The notes: generated by a model from the letters alone, not told the origin. Positions 39,800 to 49,430 are shown, counted from the first letter of the stretch. The stretch: DNA of 64,000 bases from Candidatus Staskawiczbacteria bacterium RIFOXYC1_FULL_38_18 (GCA_001822095.1 MHPP01000014.1:1662-65661); one strand, 5' to 3'. Numbers and translations: made by a program.

Positions 39800-40135
39800 A
39801 TGGAAAACAAAATAGGTTATATTGAAAAATACCCCAATATCCCAATGAAAAAAAGTTTACTCTGCCTTTTGCTTGGAATCGAGCTGGAAACGCTTAAAGA
39901 AGTTATTAGGTTATCCAATAAAAAAATATCACTTGAGAAGGCGGTTAATATTGTTTGGGAGGAAGGACAAAGACTAATGGCTTGCGGACAGCTAAAGATA
40001 GGCGAGCCAAAATCTGATAATGACCCAATACCCGTTTATCAAACCGAAACGGGAAAGAGAGAGTTCATTATTCGAGTTCTTAATAAAATTAACCCAAAAT
40101 TGAGCAAGAAATTTAAGCAGGATAAAAAGAAGTAA
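39800..40135 (+). CDS. Hypothetical protein
   Basis: 111-aa ORF. Confidence 0.55.
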   Translation: MENKIGYIEKYPNIPMKKSLLCLLLGIELETLKEVIRLSNKKISLEKAVNIVWEEGQRLMACGQLKIGEPKSDNDPIPVYQTETGKREFIIRVLNKINPKLSKKFKQDKKK

Positions 40136-40392
40136 AAGTAAAAATCCATTTAGCCCTTTTAGCAAGGGTTTTTTGGTTATATTGATTTTTAGCAATTTTG
40201 GCGGTAAGATTAAAATAATTTAATATTGGTTGCCTAACCCTTAAAATTTATTTTAAGGTATGGCAAAAAGTCGTTGTGCATATCAAACCCGTCATTCGGG
40301 GGTGTGCACAACGCTATACAGGGAAACTTGTATATGGGTCGCAAGACTCACCCCAGTGGCGGGTTTTATGTTGTGCCACAATTATTAAAAAT

Positions 40393-40713
40393 ATGGAAAA
40401 TCAAACAGAAGAAACAAAAAGTAGTTTTTTTGAACATTGGAAGCGTTCAGTTTTAGTAATTGTAGGATTTGTAGCTATCTGCATATTTATTGGAAGCCTG
40501 CACTTATCCTCTGAACAAAGCGGGGCATTGGTGATAGCAATACCGTTATGTTTATTTTTATACTTCTTACCAGCATATATCGCTTTCAAAAAAGAAAAGA
40601 AAAATAAGGTTGCTATTTTTGCACTAAATTTGTTTTTAGGATGGACACTTATTGGCTGGATTGTTGCACTGGTTTGGAGCTTAACTTATGAAGAAAGAAA
40701 AAATATAAATTGA
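40393..40713 (+). CDS. Superinfection immunity (T4 Imm-like) membrane protein
   Basis: YFLPAYIA...IFALNLFLGWTLIGWIVALVWS. Confidence 0.85.
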   Translation: MENQTEETKSSFFEHWKRSVLVIVGFVAICIFIGSLHLSSEQSGALVIAIPLCLFLYFLPAYIAFKKEKKNKVAIFALNLFLGWTLIGWIVALVWSLTYEERKNIN

Positions 40714-40727
40714 ATATCATAACAATT

Positions 40728-41153
40728 ATGAACAAAAAAATTAAGTATATTATAATAGCTGTTTTAGTCTTGTTTGTTGGCTTGCCCGCTATTGCGATGG
40801 GAAGCTCTATAACCAATTCTCTTATTCACGGAAAATCTATACCAGAAGCTATTGAGATTTTATCCACACAAATTGACTCCCTGATTAGCAGAGTTGAAAT
40901 TTTGGAAACTAAACAAATCGAACAGGAGCGAACAATCGCCTGTAATTTTGCAGACGAAGCCCTGCAAAAAGCTCAAATGGAGGGTGGAATAATTGACGCT
41001 GATTTAAAAGGTATAGACGAGTTGATTACCAAAATAACTTACCAACGCGATAATTCTCCGCAAAGCCAATATGAAATGTGGCAATCACGGTTGGATAAGG
41101 TTCGGAGCATAAAAGAGCAATATGATTCTGCCAAAGAAAAATGTAAACAATAA
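40728..41153 (+). CDS. Exported coiled-coil hypothetical protein
   Basis: Signal/TM followed by coiled coil. Confidence 0.6.
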   Translation: MNKKIKYIIIAVLVLFVGLPAIAMGSSITNSLIHGKSIPEAIEILSTQIDSLISRVEILETKQIEQERTIACNFADEALQKAQMEGGIIDADLKGIDELITKITYQRDNSPQSQYEMWQSRLDKVRSIKEQYDSAKEKCKQ

Positions 41154-41165
41154 GCATAAAAATAG

Positions 41166-41193
41166 TTGACACGGCTCGTTGAAGTGCTATAAT
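41166..41193 (+). promoter_or_regulatory. Sigma70 promoter TTGACA-16-TATAAT (extended -10)
   Basis: Upstream of the replication operon leader. Confidence 0.75.
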
Positions 41194-41261
41194 TAAAAAG
41201 TAGAAATAGAAGTTCTACATAAAAAATAAACGAAGGGAAGGTAAAATTTAATATCTATACT

Positions 41262-41392
41262 AACCGTAGGTGAAATAAACTGCGGGAAAAAAATAAACAT
41301 AAAAGGAGATATCTCCTCTGTTTGATTTTTTCCCAACAGACTCACTTATTGTAGTGGTTCTAAAGAAAAAGCGACAGAGATGTCGTTTTTTT
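41262..41392 (+). ncRNA. Candidate structured leader: long hairpin plus terminator-like hairpin
   Basis: Nested TAGGTGA/TCACTTA, GGGAAAAAA/TTTTTTCCC, AAACA/TGTTT, AGGAGATATCTCCT; then GCGACA-GAGA-TGTCGT-T-run. Confidence 0.45.
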
Positions 41393-41437
41393 CTGTTTTA
41401 GGGGGTCCGCACAAATGATATTAACAAAAATTATTTT

Positions 41438-41692
41438 ATGGAAAAAGAAAAAGAGCTAATAAATATGCAGAGGTGCTCAAGATTTGAAAGCTGCGATATT
41501 GCAAGATGTCCATTGGATTATTTTATGGATGAAAGGGTTGAGCATAAAGAAGACGAAGTCTGCGTTTTGAGAAAACTGCAAGGGAAAGTTAGAACAAGGC
41601 GAATGAAAGGCATCCTGACACCCAAAATGAGGAGTCTTGCCAACTTTGTGTATAAGAAAAATTTTAAAATCAACCAGGGAGCGAATAATTAA
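41438..41692 (+). CDS. Small Cys-rich basic protein
   Basis: CSRFESCDIARCPLD. Confidence 0.6.
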   Translation: MEKEKELINMQRCSRFESCDIARCPLDYFMDERVEHKEDEVCVLRKLQGKVRTRRMKGILTPKMRSLANFVYKKNFKINQGANN

Positions 41693-41711
41693 ATAACCTT
41701 GAATCAAAAAT

Positions 41712-42524
41712 ATGACAAACACAAACCAAAGCGTAGAAATTGAGGATGGTAGTAATGATAAAAAGTATTTTACAATAATACCAAATTATATTTTAAATCA
41801 TTCCACGCCATACGACAGAGATGTTTATATTCAAATGAAAAGAATAGCTGGTGAACACGGAACTTGTTGGACATCCCAAAAAACATTAGCTAAACAATGT
41901 GGAGTTAGCATCAATCGATTAAAAAAATCATTGAGTTATCTTTTAGATAACAAATGGATAAAATATATGGGAACTAAAAAGGTTGGAACTAAAGGCGGGG
42001 GGCAGGAGGTCAACGAATACAAAATAGTTGATTTGTGGAAAATGAACGGTGAATTTTATGAAATCAAGGGAGTGTCGCCAGACGATATACCTGCAAAACA
42101 AGGGGTATCACTAATAGAACCAAGGGAATGTCACAAAAAAATCAGAGGGGTGTCGCTGGATGATAACAAAGAAGAACCCATTAATAATAAACCCATTAAA
42201 GAAGAGGCGGGCGATAAGGAAAATCTTATTAAAGAAGTGGTGGAGAAATGGAATTCTTATGCCAAACCGTTAGAGGGATATAGAAATAAAACACTGAATA
42301 AATTTGGTCTCCCGAAATGTAAAGGTATAACAGCGGACATTAGGGTCGTTTTTTACAGGCTTATGAAGGAAAAAAGAACAAAGGAGGCAATGTTGGAATC
42401 TATAAAAAATTATATGAATGAAGTAATTAATAGAAGCCCTGATAATGACTATGCGATTCACAGATTTTCGTTTTATGAGTTTTTTAATCAGGATAATGGT
42501 TTTGTAAAATTTAGTAACAAATAA
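41712..42524 (+). CDS. Phage-type replication initiator with N-terminal HTH
   Basis: YFTIIPN, CWTSQKTLAKQCGVS..., NEY; internal iteron-like repeats. Confidence 0.75.
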   Translation: MTNTNQSVEIEDGSNDKKYFTIIPNYILNHSTPYDRDVYIQMKRIAGEHGTCWTSQKTLAKQCGVSINRLKKSLSYLLDNKWIKYMGTKKVGTKGGGQEVNEYKIVDLWKMNGEFYEIKGVSPDDIPAKQGVSLIEPRECHKKIRGVSLDDNKEEPINNKPIKEEAGDKENLIKEVVEKWNSYAKPLEGYRNKTLNKFGLPKCKGITADIRVVFYRLMKEKRTKEAMLESIKNYMNEVINRSPDNDYAIHRFSFYEFFNQDNGFVKFSNK

Positions 42525-42531
42525 AAAATTT

Positions 42532-43776
42532 ATGACAGATTTAACTTGGCACACAGAAAAACGAAAAGTTAATGACTTACTCCCATTTAAGGGTAACGCA
42601 AGAAAAGAAGATGAAAAACAATCATTTGATTTAAGAAAGAGTTTTGAGAAGTTTGATTTAGTAGAAATACCCGCAATAAATACGGACAATACTACTTTGG
42701 CGGGAAACAGAAGATTAAGAATGCTTCAATTACTTGGGAGAGGAGAAGAAATGATTGACGTTAGGGTTCCGAACAGAGCTTTAACAACGGAGGAGGTGAA
42801 GGAATATAATTTAAGAAGTAATAAAAATACGGCTTCTTGGGATATTGGCTTGCTTGCAAATTTTGACGAAGGTTTGTTGAAGGAGGTCGGCTGGGAAGGT
42901 TGGGAGTTGGATGAAATATTTAGTCCAAATGTTGAAGATGATGATTCATTTGATGTTGAATCAGAGACTAAAAAAATAACAGAGCCAAAAGTTAAGTTTG
43001 GCGATTTGTATGAAGTAAACGGGCACAGAATTTTATGCGGAAATAGTCAGGACCCAGAACGGGTCGAAAAATTAATGGATAGAAAGGTCGCAAAATTAAT
43101 TTTTACAAGCCCGCCATATAATATGGCTGGGAAGATGTATAAAAATTATTCTGACAATTTGAAAAGCGAGGAATATATAAAATTTAACCTTGATGTCCTC
43201 CAAAATTGTAAAAGGTTTTTGAAAGGATTTTGTTTTTGGAACATTTCTTATAACAAAAACGCCAGGTCTGAATTTATTGAAATAATCTATAAGATTATTA
43301 AGGATACTGGCTTGCAGTTTGTAGAGCTAATTGTCTGGGACAAGGGGCACGCCCTCCCAATAGTTTCAAAACAAGGGCTGACGAGAAGGTATGAGGACGT
43401 GTTATTGGTTGGCGATAACGAAAGTGTACAAAGTGATTTGGAAATATATTTTTGTGGGGCGAATGACAAAAAAGTATTTTTCAACAAAAAAAACCAAAAA
43501 GGAATCACAAATTATTGGAGAGTTAATACAAACCAAGCTCAACAGAAAAATCATTTGGCGTGCTTTCCAGTAGCACTCCCAATCAAAGGAATTGAATTGA
43601 TGACACAAAGAGGCGATATTGTATTGGACCCATTTTTGGGAAGCGGGACCACTTTAATAGCATCGGAAAGAACTGGTAGAAAATGTTTTGCTTGTGAATT
43701 GGACCCTTTGTATGTTGAGTTGGCTCTAAATCGTTTTAAATATTTGTTTGGCAAAGAGGCGATAAAAATATGTTAG
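42532..43776 (+). CDS. ParB-like N-domain + amino-methyltransferase (beta order)
   Basis: NAR, LAGNRRL; TSPPY (motif IV) before DPFLGSGT (motif I). Confidence 0.9.
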   Translation: MTDLTWHTEKRKVNDLLPFKGNARKEDEKQSFDLRKSFEKFDLVEIPAINTDNTTLAGNRRLRMLQLLGRGEEMIDVRVPNRALTTEEVKEYNLRSNKNTASWDIGLLANFDEGLLKEVGWEGWELDEIFSPNVEDDDSFDVESETKKITEPKVKFGDLYEVNGHRILCGNSQDPERVEKLMDRKVAKLIFTSPPYNMAGKMYKNYSDNLKSEEYIKFNLDVLQNCKRFLKGFCFWNISYNKNARSEFIEIIYKIIKDTGLQFVELIVWDKGHALPIVSKQGLTRRYEDVLLVGDNESVQSDLEIYFCGANDKKVFFNKKNQKGITNYWRVNTNQAQQKNHLACFPVALPIKGIELMTQRGDIVLDPFLGSGTTLIASERTGRKCFACELDPLYVELALNRFKYLFGKEAIKIC

Positions 43777-44234
43777 AAGATTCAAACGAATTAAATCAGG
43801 AACCTAATAAGATTGAGGCAGAAAATCTCCATAGCAGTGGTGGTTTTGTGGATAAGCCCGAGAGAGATGAGCAGGGCAGATTTGTGAATGGACATCCTAA
43901 ATTGGGCGGAACGAGAATGGGCTATCTCTCTCTTCGAAAGGTTTTACGTGAAATGTTACAGGAAGCCAAAGAGGTAACCATTAACGACCGAAAAGAACAA
44001 AGGACAAGAATGGAAATTTTATTAGAAGTTCTGTTTAAGAAGGCTGTTGGCGGAGACCTGGGGGCAATTCGTGAAATATTTGACAGAATTGAGGGAAAAC
44101 CAAAACCATTAGGCGTAAATGATATGCCTGACGAAATTAATCTGACACAAGTTTTTCAGCAAATATATAATCAAAGTGAGGAAGCTAGAAGGCAGAAGGA
44201 GGAAGAGAATAATTTAGAAAATAAAATTAAATAA
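43770..44234 (+). CDS. Terminase small subunit-like (DUF5681-like) protein
   Basis: RDEQGRFVNGHPKLGG, KAVGGDLGAIREIFDRIEGKP; position after the MTase. Confidence 0.55.
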   Translation: MLEDSNELNQEPNKIEAENLHSSGGFVDKPERDEQGRFVNGHPKLGGTRMGYLSLRKVLREMLQEAKEVTINDRKEQRTRMEILLEVLFKKAVGGDLGAIREIFDRIEGKPKPLGVNDMPDEINLTQVFQQIYNQSEEARRQKEEENNLENKIK

Positions 44235-44245
44235 GATTTTTAAAA

Positions 44246-44449
44246 ATGAAAAGGAATGAATTAAAAACTAATTATACGTCAAAAAAGGATGAAGGAAGAA
44301 GAAACTTCGCCCTTAATTATATCGCTAACCATATTAAAAAGAATTTACAGAACCTATCTAAATTTAAGTGGGGAGGTGGGGGATTTGCTTGTTTTGTGAA
44401 TTTGGAGCGACCCCACAGCGAACAAGAGGGTCAAGACAAAAGTAAATAA
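44246..44449 (+). CDS. Hypothetical small protein or fragment
   Basis: 67-aa ORF. Confidence 0.35.
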   Translation: MKRNELKTNYTSKKDEGRRNFALNYIANHIKKNLQNLSKFKWGGGGFACFVNLERPHSEQEGQDKSK

Positions 44450-44609
44450 ACTACCCTGGGTAAAATGAGTAGATTTTGAGGGTAATAAGGCAAAACAAAC
44501 AATCAAGTGATTATTCAGTCCTGTCCGTAGAGAGAGGCTTTGACGCAAGGGTTGTCCAGCGTCATCATCACGCCACTGGTAAAGTAAATTAAAAAGCCAG
44601 TGTAAAAAT

Positions 44610-45155
44610 ATGGACAACAAAAAATGTGCTTTGTATCTACGGGTCAGCAAAAGCGACCAGACAACATTGAATCAAGAATTGGAATTGAAAGGTTATTGTC
44701 AGCGGAACGATTGGGATATTTTCAATGTTTACAAAGACGAAGGCGTGTCTGGCTCAAAGACATCAAGACCAGAGTTAGATAAAATGTTAAAAGATGTGCG
44801 GGACAAAAAGTTTGAAGCGGTGATTGTTTGGAAATTTGACCGCTTAGGCAGGTCAACGGCTCATCTTTTACAGGTTTTAGAAGAAATGAAGAATAAAGGA
44901 ATCAGATTGATAGCAACAAGCCAAAGCATAGACACAGACACCGCAATGGGTAAATTCTTTTTTACAATCTTATCTGGGTTTGCTGAAATGGAACGAGGAA
45001 TAATAACAGAAAGAATAAATTTGGGTTTAGCAAGGGTAAAAAAACAAGGGAAAAAGTTGGGTCGCCCATCAGGCTCAAAAGATAAAAGTTATCGTAAAAA
45101 GTCGGGATATTTGCTTCGCTGGCAAAATCAACAAAATCTAAAAGTTTCAATTTAA
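44610..45155 (+). CDS. Small serine recombinase (resolvase/invertase)
   Basis: YLRVS, SG..RP, DRLGRS, ER...GRP. Confidence 0.92.
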   Translation: MDNKKCALYLRVSKSDQTTLNQELELKGYCQRNDWDIFNVYKDEGVSGSKTSRPELDKMLKDVRDKKFEAVIVWKFDRLGRSTAHLLQVLEEMKNKGIRLIATSQSIDTDTAMGKFFFTILSGFAEMERGIITERINLGLARVKKQGKKLGRPSGSKDKSYRKKSGYLLRWQNQQNLKVSI

Positions 45156-45159
45156 AAAT

Positions 45160-46776
45160 ATGAATCTAAAATCAGCAATCTATGGCAGGGTAAGTCCGAG
45201 TTCTAAAAAATCCATAGAAAACGAGACTATTGAAGACCAAACCGAAAAAAACAAAAAATTCATTATAAGAAATAATGATATTTTGGTTGATATTTATCCA
45301 GACGACCAATATTCTGGTCATTTGGAAAGAAGACCCAGTTTTGATAGATTATTAGAAGATGCAAAATTGGGTCGAATTGAATCTGTTTATATTACAAAAA
45401 TTGATAGACTTGCGAGGGACCCTGGGACGCAGATTTATTGTCTTAAGGAGTTAAAAAAATTAAATCTAAAAGTTTTTCTTGGTGGAGAACTTCTTGATGA
45501 CACACCCGAAGGAAAACTCTTGCTTGGTATACTCGGGCAATTTAGTGAATACGAGGCATCACAAATTGTCATAAGAACCACAAACGGAAGGTGGCGAAAA
45601 GCCAGAGCTGGAAAGATTATCGCCTCCGTTACTCGTTATGGTTTTAAGTTAGAATGGGTTAAAAGGGGAGATGAAAATATTAAAATAGTTTCGATAGATG
45701 AAAATGAATCTAAGGTAGTACTTTATATGTTTGATTTGATATTCAAATGCAGAAGCTGTCATCAGGTAGCTAAAAAATTATTTGAAGAGGGAATTAAAAC
45801 GAGAAATGGAAAAAATTGGGACGCAACCACGGTAAAAGGAGTTTTGACAGATAAAACTTATACAGGAATTTGGCACTACGGCAAAAGATTAGCAGTAGAA
45901 CCAAAGAAAAAGAGAAAGACATATTACAGGTGCCTTAATTCAAGCACAATGGCTAATCCGAACAAGGATGATATCATTTATTACAAAATTCCTGCAATAG
46001 TTAGTAAAGAAAGGTTTGACGCAGTCCAAGAGCTTTTAAAAGAAATTAGTAAAAGAAGAGTTGAAACAAAAAGATTTTATCTTTTAAACGGTATTTTAAG
46101 ATGTGCGAAATGCGGAGCTAAAATGTATGGGAGGAGTTTGTATGATAAAAGATACAATAGATATTATACATATTATTATTGTTCGACCAATTCAAAACCT
46201 TTTCACAAGGCTCCTTGCCCCACGAATCAAGTTAGAAGTAAGGATGTTGAAAAAACGGTTTGGGAGGCGGTGCAAAATATCTTTCATAATCCTGAAAATA
46301 TTTTGTCTTGCAACGAAGCATATTTGAAAGAAAACTATAATCAGGATAAAATAGCGGATGAGAAAAGGTTGCTACTTGCAGAACTAGAAAAAATAAGGCA
46401 AAATAAGATAAAGCAATTAGAGCTTTATGAGATAGACGATGTTATCGATAAGGTCGTTATTAAAGAAAGACTAAATTTTTTATCTGGTAAGGAGCAGTAC
46501 CTAAAAAAGAAATTAGAAGTTATTGATAAATCTGCAACAAGTTCAGAGATGAACAAACATTTAGTTGAGAGCGTAAAGGAATTTGGTAAGCTAATGGAGA
46601 TTGATTTGGAAAAAATGACCGATATTGAGAAAAAAGAATTGCTGATGGGAATGCTGGTATATGTGGAGTTTGACCCAGATAATATGGGCGTTAATGTTGT
46701 TGGAAGTATAGAAGGAATAGACACCGCAAATAAACTTGGGAAAAAGCTTGAGGTATTGAAATTATTAAGGACTTAA
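45160..46776 (+). CDS. Large serine recombinase (integrase)
   Basis: YGRVS, DRLAR, recombinase domain (YG, YTG), zinc ribbon CAKCG..YYYC..C, coiled coil. Confidence 0.92.
   Translation: MNLKSAIYGRVSPSSKKSIENETIEDQTEKNKKFIIRNNDILVDIYPDDQYSGHLERRPSFDRLLEDAKLGRIESVYITKIDRLARDPGTQIYCLKELKKLNLKVFLGGELLDDTPEGKLLLGILGQFSEYEASQIVIRTTNGRWRKARAGKIIASVTRYGFKLEWVKRGDENIKIVSIDENESKVVLYMFDLIFKCRSCHQVAKKLFEEGIKTRNGKNWDATTVKGVLTDKTYTGIWHYGKRLAVEPKKKRKTYYRCLNSSTMANPNKDDIIYYKIPAIVSKERFDAVQELLKEISKRRVETKRFYLLNGILRCAKCGAKMYGRSLYDKRYNRYYTYYYCSTNSKPFHKAPCPTNQVRSKDVEKTVWEAVQNIFHNPENILSCNEAYLKENYNQDKIADEKRLLLAELEKIRQNKIKQLELYEIDDVIDKVVIKERLNFLSGKEQYLKKKLEVIDKSATSSEMNKHLVESVKEFGKLMEIDLEKMTDIEKKELLMGMLVYVEFDPDNMGVNVVGSIEGIDTANKLGKKLEVLKLLRT
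46756..46768 (+). repeat. Right att core TTGAAATTATTAA
   Basis: Matches 31303-31315; in the ctpA frame continues EIIKDLK* (TAG 46779-46781). Confidence 0.75.
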
Positions 46777-46829
46777 AGTAGAATACACGATATAATTAAA
46801 AATTTAAAATTTTAAATTCAAAATTAGCT

Positions 46830-47303
46830 ATGAAGGTAATACTGCTACAAGATATTGAGAACCTCGGAAAAAAATACGAAATAAAAGAGGTAAAGGACGG
46901 ATATGCCAGGAATTTTTTATTGCCTGGAAAAATGGCAAGAGCCGCTACTAGGCAAGCCTTAAAATGGCTTGGCGACCAAAAGGAAGTTATTGAAAAAGAG
47001 GCCGTGGAAGATTTAGCCAAAGTCCAGGCGTTGGCTTCTGCAATGGACGGGTTAGAGGTTTCTATCTCGGTAAAAATTGGGGAAGAGGGCCAGCTTTTTG
47101 AATCGATTAACAGCCAAAAAATTGCAGAAAAATTAAAGGAAATGGGATTTGAGGTTAAAAAATCGCAAATTTTGCTGGAAAACCCAATCAAGGAGACAGG
47201 AGAGTTTCCTGTGAAAATAAATCTTGACCATAATTTAGAGGTTGAGATAAAGGCGATCATTGCGGGAGAAGGCGGAACAAAAGAAGAGAAAGAAGAAGAG
47301 TAA
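46830..47303 (+). CDS. rplI: 50S ribosomal protein L9
   Basis: MKVILLQD..LG..VKDGYARNFLLP. Confidence 0.97.
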   Translation: MKVILLQDIENLGKKYEIKEVKDGYARNFLLPGKMARAATRQALKWLGDQKEVIEKEAVEDLAKVQALASAMDGLEVSISVKIGEEGQLFESINSQKIAEKLKEMGFEVKKSQILLENPIKETGEFPVKINLDHNLEVEIKAIIAGEGGTKEEKEEE

Positions 47304-47310
47304 AAAATAC

Positions 47311-48960
47311 ATGAAATATATTTTTGTTACGGGAGGCGTAATGTCGGGAGTAGGCAAGGGCGTAGCAGCTGCCTCTATTGCCAAAATTCTTCAGTCGCGC
47401 GGCTTTGGCGTCACAGCAATCAAAATAGACCCATATGTAAATGTTGACGCAGGCACAATGAACCCCACAGAACACGGTGAGGTTTTTGTTTTAGACGACG
47501 GCATGGAATGCGACCAGGACATGGGCAACTACGAGAGGTTTTTGGACACCAGTTTGTCATCGGCAAACTACATGACAACAGGAAGCGTTTATTTGTCTGT
47601 AATCAACAAGGAACGGGCAATGGAATATGGCGGAAAACAGGTGGAAGTTGTTCCGCGGATACCGCTTGAAGTAATAGACAGGATTAACAAGGCGGCAAAA
47701 AAAGAAAAGGCGGAAATCGTTGTAACGGAAATTGGGGGTACCGTTGGCGAATATGAAAACCTGCTTTTTTTGGAGGCAATTAAGATGCTGAAATTAAAGC
47801 ATCACAAGGATGTGATTACGGTTTTGGTCAGCTATATACCGTCGCTGGGGGCAGGCGGAACTGAATTAAAAACAAAACCCACACAGCACGCTGTGCGAAA
47901 TTTAAATTCAGTTGGCATACAGCCGGATATAATTTTAGGGAGAGCCGGCGTTCCGCTTGACCAGAAGAGAAAAGAAAAAATCCAATTTATGTGCGGGCTT
48001 GAGGAGGGCGATGTCATTTCGGCTCCGAACGTGGAAAGCATTTATGAAGTTCCGATTAATTTTGAAAAGGATAATATTTCAGACCGCATTTTAAAAAAAC
48101 TCTCGCTTAAAGCCAAATCAAGAGACTTAAAGGAATGGAGGGGGCTTGTTGATGCCATACAAAACCCAGAAGGCGAGGTAAAAATAGGAATTGTTGGCAA
48201 ATATTTTGGGAGCGGGGATTTTATTCTGACCGACTCATATATTTCGGTTTTAGAGTCAATTAAACACGCCTCGTATTTTTGGCGGAAAAAGCCGGTTATT
48301 GAATGGTTGGACGCGGGCGCATATGAAAAAGACCAAAAAGGCATAAAAGAATTAGATAAATATGATGGTATAATTGTGCCGGGAGGTTTTGGAAACAGGG
48401 GCATAGAAGGAAAAATTAAAGCCATAGAATACTGCCGAAAAAATAAAATCCCATTTTTGGGCTTGTGCCTTGGACTCCAGCTTTCCGTAATTGAATTTGC
48501 AAGGAATGTTGCGGGAATAAAAGATGCCACATCGAGGGAATTTGTTAAAAATGCAAAAAATCCGGTAATAGATGTTATAGAAGAGCAAAAAAAAATGCTT
48601 AAACAAAAAAACTATGGCGGAACAATGAGATTAGGGGCTTACGACTGTGAGGTCCAACCGGGCACCATAAGCCATAAAGCCTATAAGGACTGGATTAAAG
48701 CCGGAAAAGGCCCATACACTATTTCAGAGAGGCACAGGCACAGGTACGAGGTAAACAACGACTACCGAAAACTATTAGAAGAAAAAGGACTGATAATCGC
48801 AGGCATAAACAAAAAAAAGAACCTTGTGGAAATTATTGAACATAATGGTCACCCATTTTTTGTGGCTACGCAATTTCATCCCGAGTTTAAGTCGCGCCCG
48901 CTAAAACCACACCCGTTGTTTAAGGAGTTTATTTCTGCGGCAACAAAAAAGCCTCGATAA
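47311..48960 (+). CDS. pyrG: CTP synthase
   Basis: MKYIFVTGGV.SGVGKG, KTKPTQ, GLCLG, RHRHRYE, QFHPE. Confidence 0.97.
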   Translation: MKYIFVTGGVMSGVGKGVAAASIAKILQSRGFGVTAIKIDPYVNVDAGTMNPTEHGEVFVLDDGMECDQDMGNYERFLDTSLSSANYMTTGSVYLSVINKERAMEYGGKQVEVVPRIPLEVIDRINKAAKKEKAEIVVTEIGGTVGEYENLLFLEAIKMLKLKHHKDVITVLVSYIPSLGAGGTELKTKPTQHAVRNLNSVGIQPDIILGRAGVPLDQKRKEKIQFMCGLEEGDVISAPNVESIYEVPINFEKDNISDRILKKLSLKAKSRDLKEWRGLVDAIQNPEGEVKIGIVGKYFGSGDFILTDSYISVLESIKHASYFWRKKPVIEWLDAGAYEKDQKGIKELDKYDGIIVPGGFGNRGIEGKIKAIEYCRKNKIPFLGLCLGLQLSVIEFARNVAGIKDATSREFVKNAKNPVIDVIEEQKKMLKQKNYGGTMRLGAYDCEVQPGTISHKAYKDWIKAGKGPYTISERHRHRYEVNNDYRKLLEEKGLIIAGINKKKNLVEIIEHNGHPFFVATQFHPEFKSRPLKPHPLFKEFISAATKKPR

Positions 48961-48974
48961 GCAGGGCCTTTCAC

Positions 48975-49247
48975 CTAAATTACAGAGACTACTTTTGCAG
49001 ACCGCCTGGATCCGTCAAAAAGCTTCTTGGTTTTTGCAGAAAAAGACACAACACCGTTTTTCATGGCATAAATAGTATCGTCAGATCCCTTTTTGACATT
49101 TTTCCCCAAAAGATAGTGGGAGCCTCTCTGTCTTACAATTATTTCGCCAACCTTTACGGTTTCGCCCGCATAGGCCTTAATTCCCAGTCTTTGGCTTTCT
49201 GAATCCCTTCCAAGCCTGGAAGAGCCTCCTTGTTTAGTTTTGCTCAT
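48975..49247 (-). CDS. rpmA: 50S ribosomal protein L27
   Basis: GGSSRLGRDS..RLGIK, IIVRQRG. Confidence 0.95.
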   Translation of the reverse strand: MSKTKQGGSSRLGRDSESQRLGIKAYAGETVKVGEIIVRQRGSHYLLGKNVKKGSDDTIYAMKNGVVSFSAKTKKLFDGSRRSAKVVSVI

Positions 49248-49274
49248 GTTTATGTTTTAGATTTTAATAATATT

Positions 49275-49430
49275 ATGTTAGCAAAAATTATAGACTTTGT
49301 CAAACGCTATTTTAGTGATATAATATTATTTATTATAATAGTTTTATTAATGATGCTTTCGTTTGCAACAGGATACATAACCGCAAAAAATATTCAAAAA
49401 ACGCCAATAACAATAGAACAAAAACAATGA
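49275..49430 (+). CDS. Small single-TM protein
   Basis: LLMMLSFATGYI; stop overlaps the uppS start. Confidence 0.55.
   Translation: MLAKIIDFVKRYFSDIILFIIIVLLMMLSFATGYITAKNIQKTPITIEQKQ

Larger units (their letters stand above)
31303..46768. mobile_element. ~15.5 kb serine-recombinase integrative element / defective prophage or satellite inserted in the ctpA 3' end
   Basis: Direct repeat TTGAAATT(G/A)TTAA at 31303-31315 and 46756-46768; displaced ctpA-like end EIIKDLK* at the right junction; recombinases at the right end. Confidence 0.8.

Noticed and set aside
44450-44605. Possible res site or RNA upstream of the resolvase (TGACGC/GCGTCA, CACTGG/CCAGTG)
   Set aside because: Arms are only 6 bp; too weak to support without homologues
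47260-47310. N-terminal extensions of pyrG (and of murG at 60949-61101, csoR at 18321-18356)
   Set aside because: They overlap upstream genes or promoters; conserved starts lie downstream
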